From contig CDMY01000897.1 in assembly GCA_001179505.1 (NCBI GenBank), positions 1 to 64,000 of the forward strand: 64,000 bases of DNA. Reading direction: 5' to 3'. The notes under the pieces were generated by a model that saw nothing but the letters and a program-made list of their open reading frames with translations, was not told the origin of the DNA and did no database searches. Made by a program: the position numbers and the translations under genes. Of the stretch, positions 62,042 through 64,000 are shown one piece after another. Source of the DNA: Vitrella brassicaformis CCMP3155. Taxonomy: Eukaryota; Protista; Chromerida. Positions within the stretch are counted from its first letter, which is position 1, and each line of letters opens with the position of its first letter.

Positions 62042-62991
62042 ATGGATGCGCAGTTCCTCTCTGCCAATTCGAAGCAGACGCCCTTCCATCCCGCCCACTC
62101 CAACAAGGATGACCAGAGGTCCACCTACTTCGGCAGGCACTCGCCCTCGCGTACGTGAGATCCAGAGGAACGCACGCGTACCTGCAGCCCCCCCACTCAT
62201 TCACAGATCCGTCATCTGGGATGTTTCTTGCTTGCAGCTGGTGAGCGGCGTGCTGGCGGCTTCACATCCCCCCGCCGCGACCGTCGCTCTGTGAGGGATC
62301 TGCCCGCGGAACTGTCGGAGTTCCAGCTTCCTAAGGGTGCTGATCGGGGCGCACAAACGATAGGAGGCTGGCAAGAGGGTATGCATGTGTTGTTGCCTGT
62401 ACTCCTTTCAGGCGCGTCGTGGCTGGAATGGACTTCGACGAAGGCTCCCCGGGAAGGCCTCACCAACGTCGCGGTGAGGAAGACACACACAGGAATGGCG
62501 TCAGTCAGTACTGTGCTGAGACGGCACTCGTGTGGGTGACGTATAGGTCAAGATCGAAGGCGTCAGGGGCGAGATCACCAAGGCAGAGCTGCACGAGGCA
62601 ATCAGTAAGGGCATCTATGCAGCCCCACAGAGCAGACGGCTTGCAGCAGACACCATCACGTCACTGTGGGGTGTGTGTGTCACAGAGGAGCTGATCACGC
62701 ACAGCGGTTTCCAGAAGATGTACTGTGCCGTTGACCCCACGCCCACGCAGTCGACCCTGCAGATCTATGTCACATTCACACTCGACGATGCCGGGTCAGT
62801 CAACAGCATTACAAAACACAGGCGACAAGGCACGTTCCCGTTCTGGCTTGTTGTCCTTCAGAGTTCGCCGCGCCGAGCGTGTCAAGACTCGCACCGACGG
62901 TGTGGATCAGGCCATTCTGGTGCCCAACGCATGGAAGGGCCGACTGGTCGCCTCAATGGGCACTCTCATCGTCCCCGACCAGCACAACTGA
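62042..62991 (+). CDS. Hypothetical protein (6 exons), possible degenerate RRM-like fold
   Basis: Frame-consistent splicing: MDAQFLSANSK...SP|GERRAGG...QEG|ASWLEW...NVA|VKIEGVRGEITKAELHEAI|KELITHSGFQKMYCAVD...LQIYVTFTLDDAG|VRRAERVK...PDQHN*. The RRM call is pattern-based only. Confidence 0.6.
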
Positions 62992-64000
62992 GCGAGGCGT
63001 ATTGTCTTGTCCTTTTGGCCTTCGCATTTCATTCTGTGTGCGTCACTCACGAGCTCGCTGCCTGCCTTGTCATATTGCGCCTGCCCGGTACTGGTCAGCT
63101 GCTCACTCAGCACAGTGTGGCAGCTGACAAGTGCGGGGCGGGGGTGGGATGACAAGGCGGACAGCGAGACCCGATCCCATGTCATATGTCCACCATCCAT
63201 GCGACTGGGCACTCGTCGGTACGTTTCCCATGGGTGACACGAACAGACAGACAAGGAACAGACAGACAGACAGGCGACACCAACAAGATGGTTGTGAGAG
63301 CAAACCTGTGGTATGCAGCGTATGGCGTACGTCGTACATGTGGGTCTATGGTATCTGTCGGTGTATGGTGTATAATAATGTATCAGAGAGGGGCAGGCAG
63401 CCTTTTTTGCTGTCTGTCCATATGAGCCCTGTGGTGTGGTGCTATATGTGGGTGTTTGTATGATACGCAGTGTGGCACATGTGGTGTGGATCCGATCCGG
63501 ATGCTATGCGATGCGATGCGGCAGGCCGCTTTTTCGGTCTGCTGCATCTGTCTGTGTGTCTCGTGAGTCTATCTCGTGAGTCTATCGCGGTGGTGGTTTG
63601 TGTATGCTGGCTGCATGTGGGTGTGGCGTGGGGTTGAACTGACACACACAGACTGACTGGTGGTGTGGTGGTTCGTTTCACTTGAGAAAAGATGTGTCCG
63701 CGCGTCCGTTCGTCTGTCAAATCTGTCACGATGATGTAATGTGTACGATCCCCCCCATCCCTCCCTCTCTCTCTCTCTCTCTCCCGTCCCTTGCTACGTG
63801 ACAAAACACCTCTTATCGGTCATGTCAGCGCACCCCCCCACCCCCCATACAGGCGTCACGTCAACACATCCAAGGCAGCCAGCCGCGCATGCACACAAGC
63901 AGTCTACCGAAGGGTCCTCCTTCCATCCATCCGCCTCTCTATCAGTCCGTTGGTTGGTTCGTTCGTTGTCTACATAGAAGCATAAAACACCAGCCCGCGA

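Noticed and set aside
1-64000. Hundreds of 60-200 aa ORFs antisense to or overlapping the genes, many with HTHT/VCVC/DRQT runs
   Set aside because: These are expected from high GC, antisense shadows of real exons and translated intronic microsatellites. None shows independent family motifs.
1-64000. tRNA or rRNA genes
   Set aside because: No cloverleaf with A/B boxes and no rRNA-like conserved segments were recognised by eye. A tRNAscan-SE/Infernal run would be needed to exclude them formally.
63000-64000. ORFs at the right end of the window
   Set aside because: The sequence is low-complexity and microsatellite-rich, like UTR or intron, with no coherent exon chain or protein motif.

Overview
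This is eukaryotic, GC-rich, gene-dense and intron-rich DNA. Introns are mostly 50-200 nt, GT-AG, and full of (CA)n/(GACA)n/(TCCA)n microsatellites. By style and gene content it is most likely the chromerid alga Vitrella brassicaformis or a relative (inference). I hand-assembled about 22 spliced genes; boundaries are manual. Recognisable ones are an MFSD6-like MFS transporter, an alkaline-phosphatase-fold protein, an FBXW5-like F-box/WD40 protein, PRPF38A, PIGV, an ATG18/WIPI PROPPIN, a GlpT/UhpT-type transporter, a TPR protein, a UVR + beta-propeller protein and a multi-EF-hand calcyphosin-like protein. There are also a PIF1/Helitron-type helicase remnant, a frameshifted cold-shock-domain remnant, a ~197-bp tandem repeat and a 300-N gap. 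No tRNA, rRNA or CRISPR array was seen. Best leads: (1) an intact 10-exon secreted PhoA-fold gene whose nucleophile Ser aligns to His and whose Asp51 metal ligand aligns to Cys; (2) an Hsp70/90-clamp TPR cassette apparently inserted into an F-box-like lineage-specific protein; (3) two inverted paralogs of an unrecognised multi-pass membrane family, one with a last exon inside the antisense coding exon of its neighbour and a 10-nt-shifted intron.
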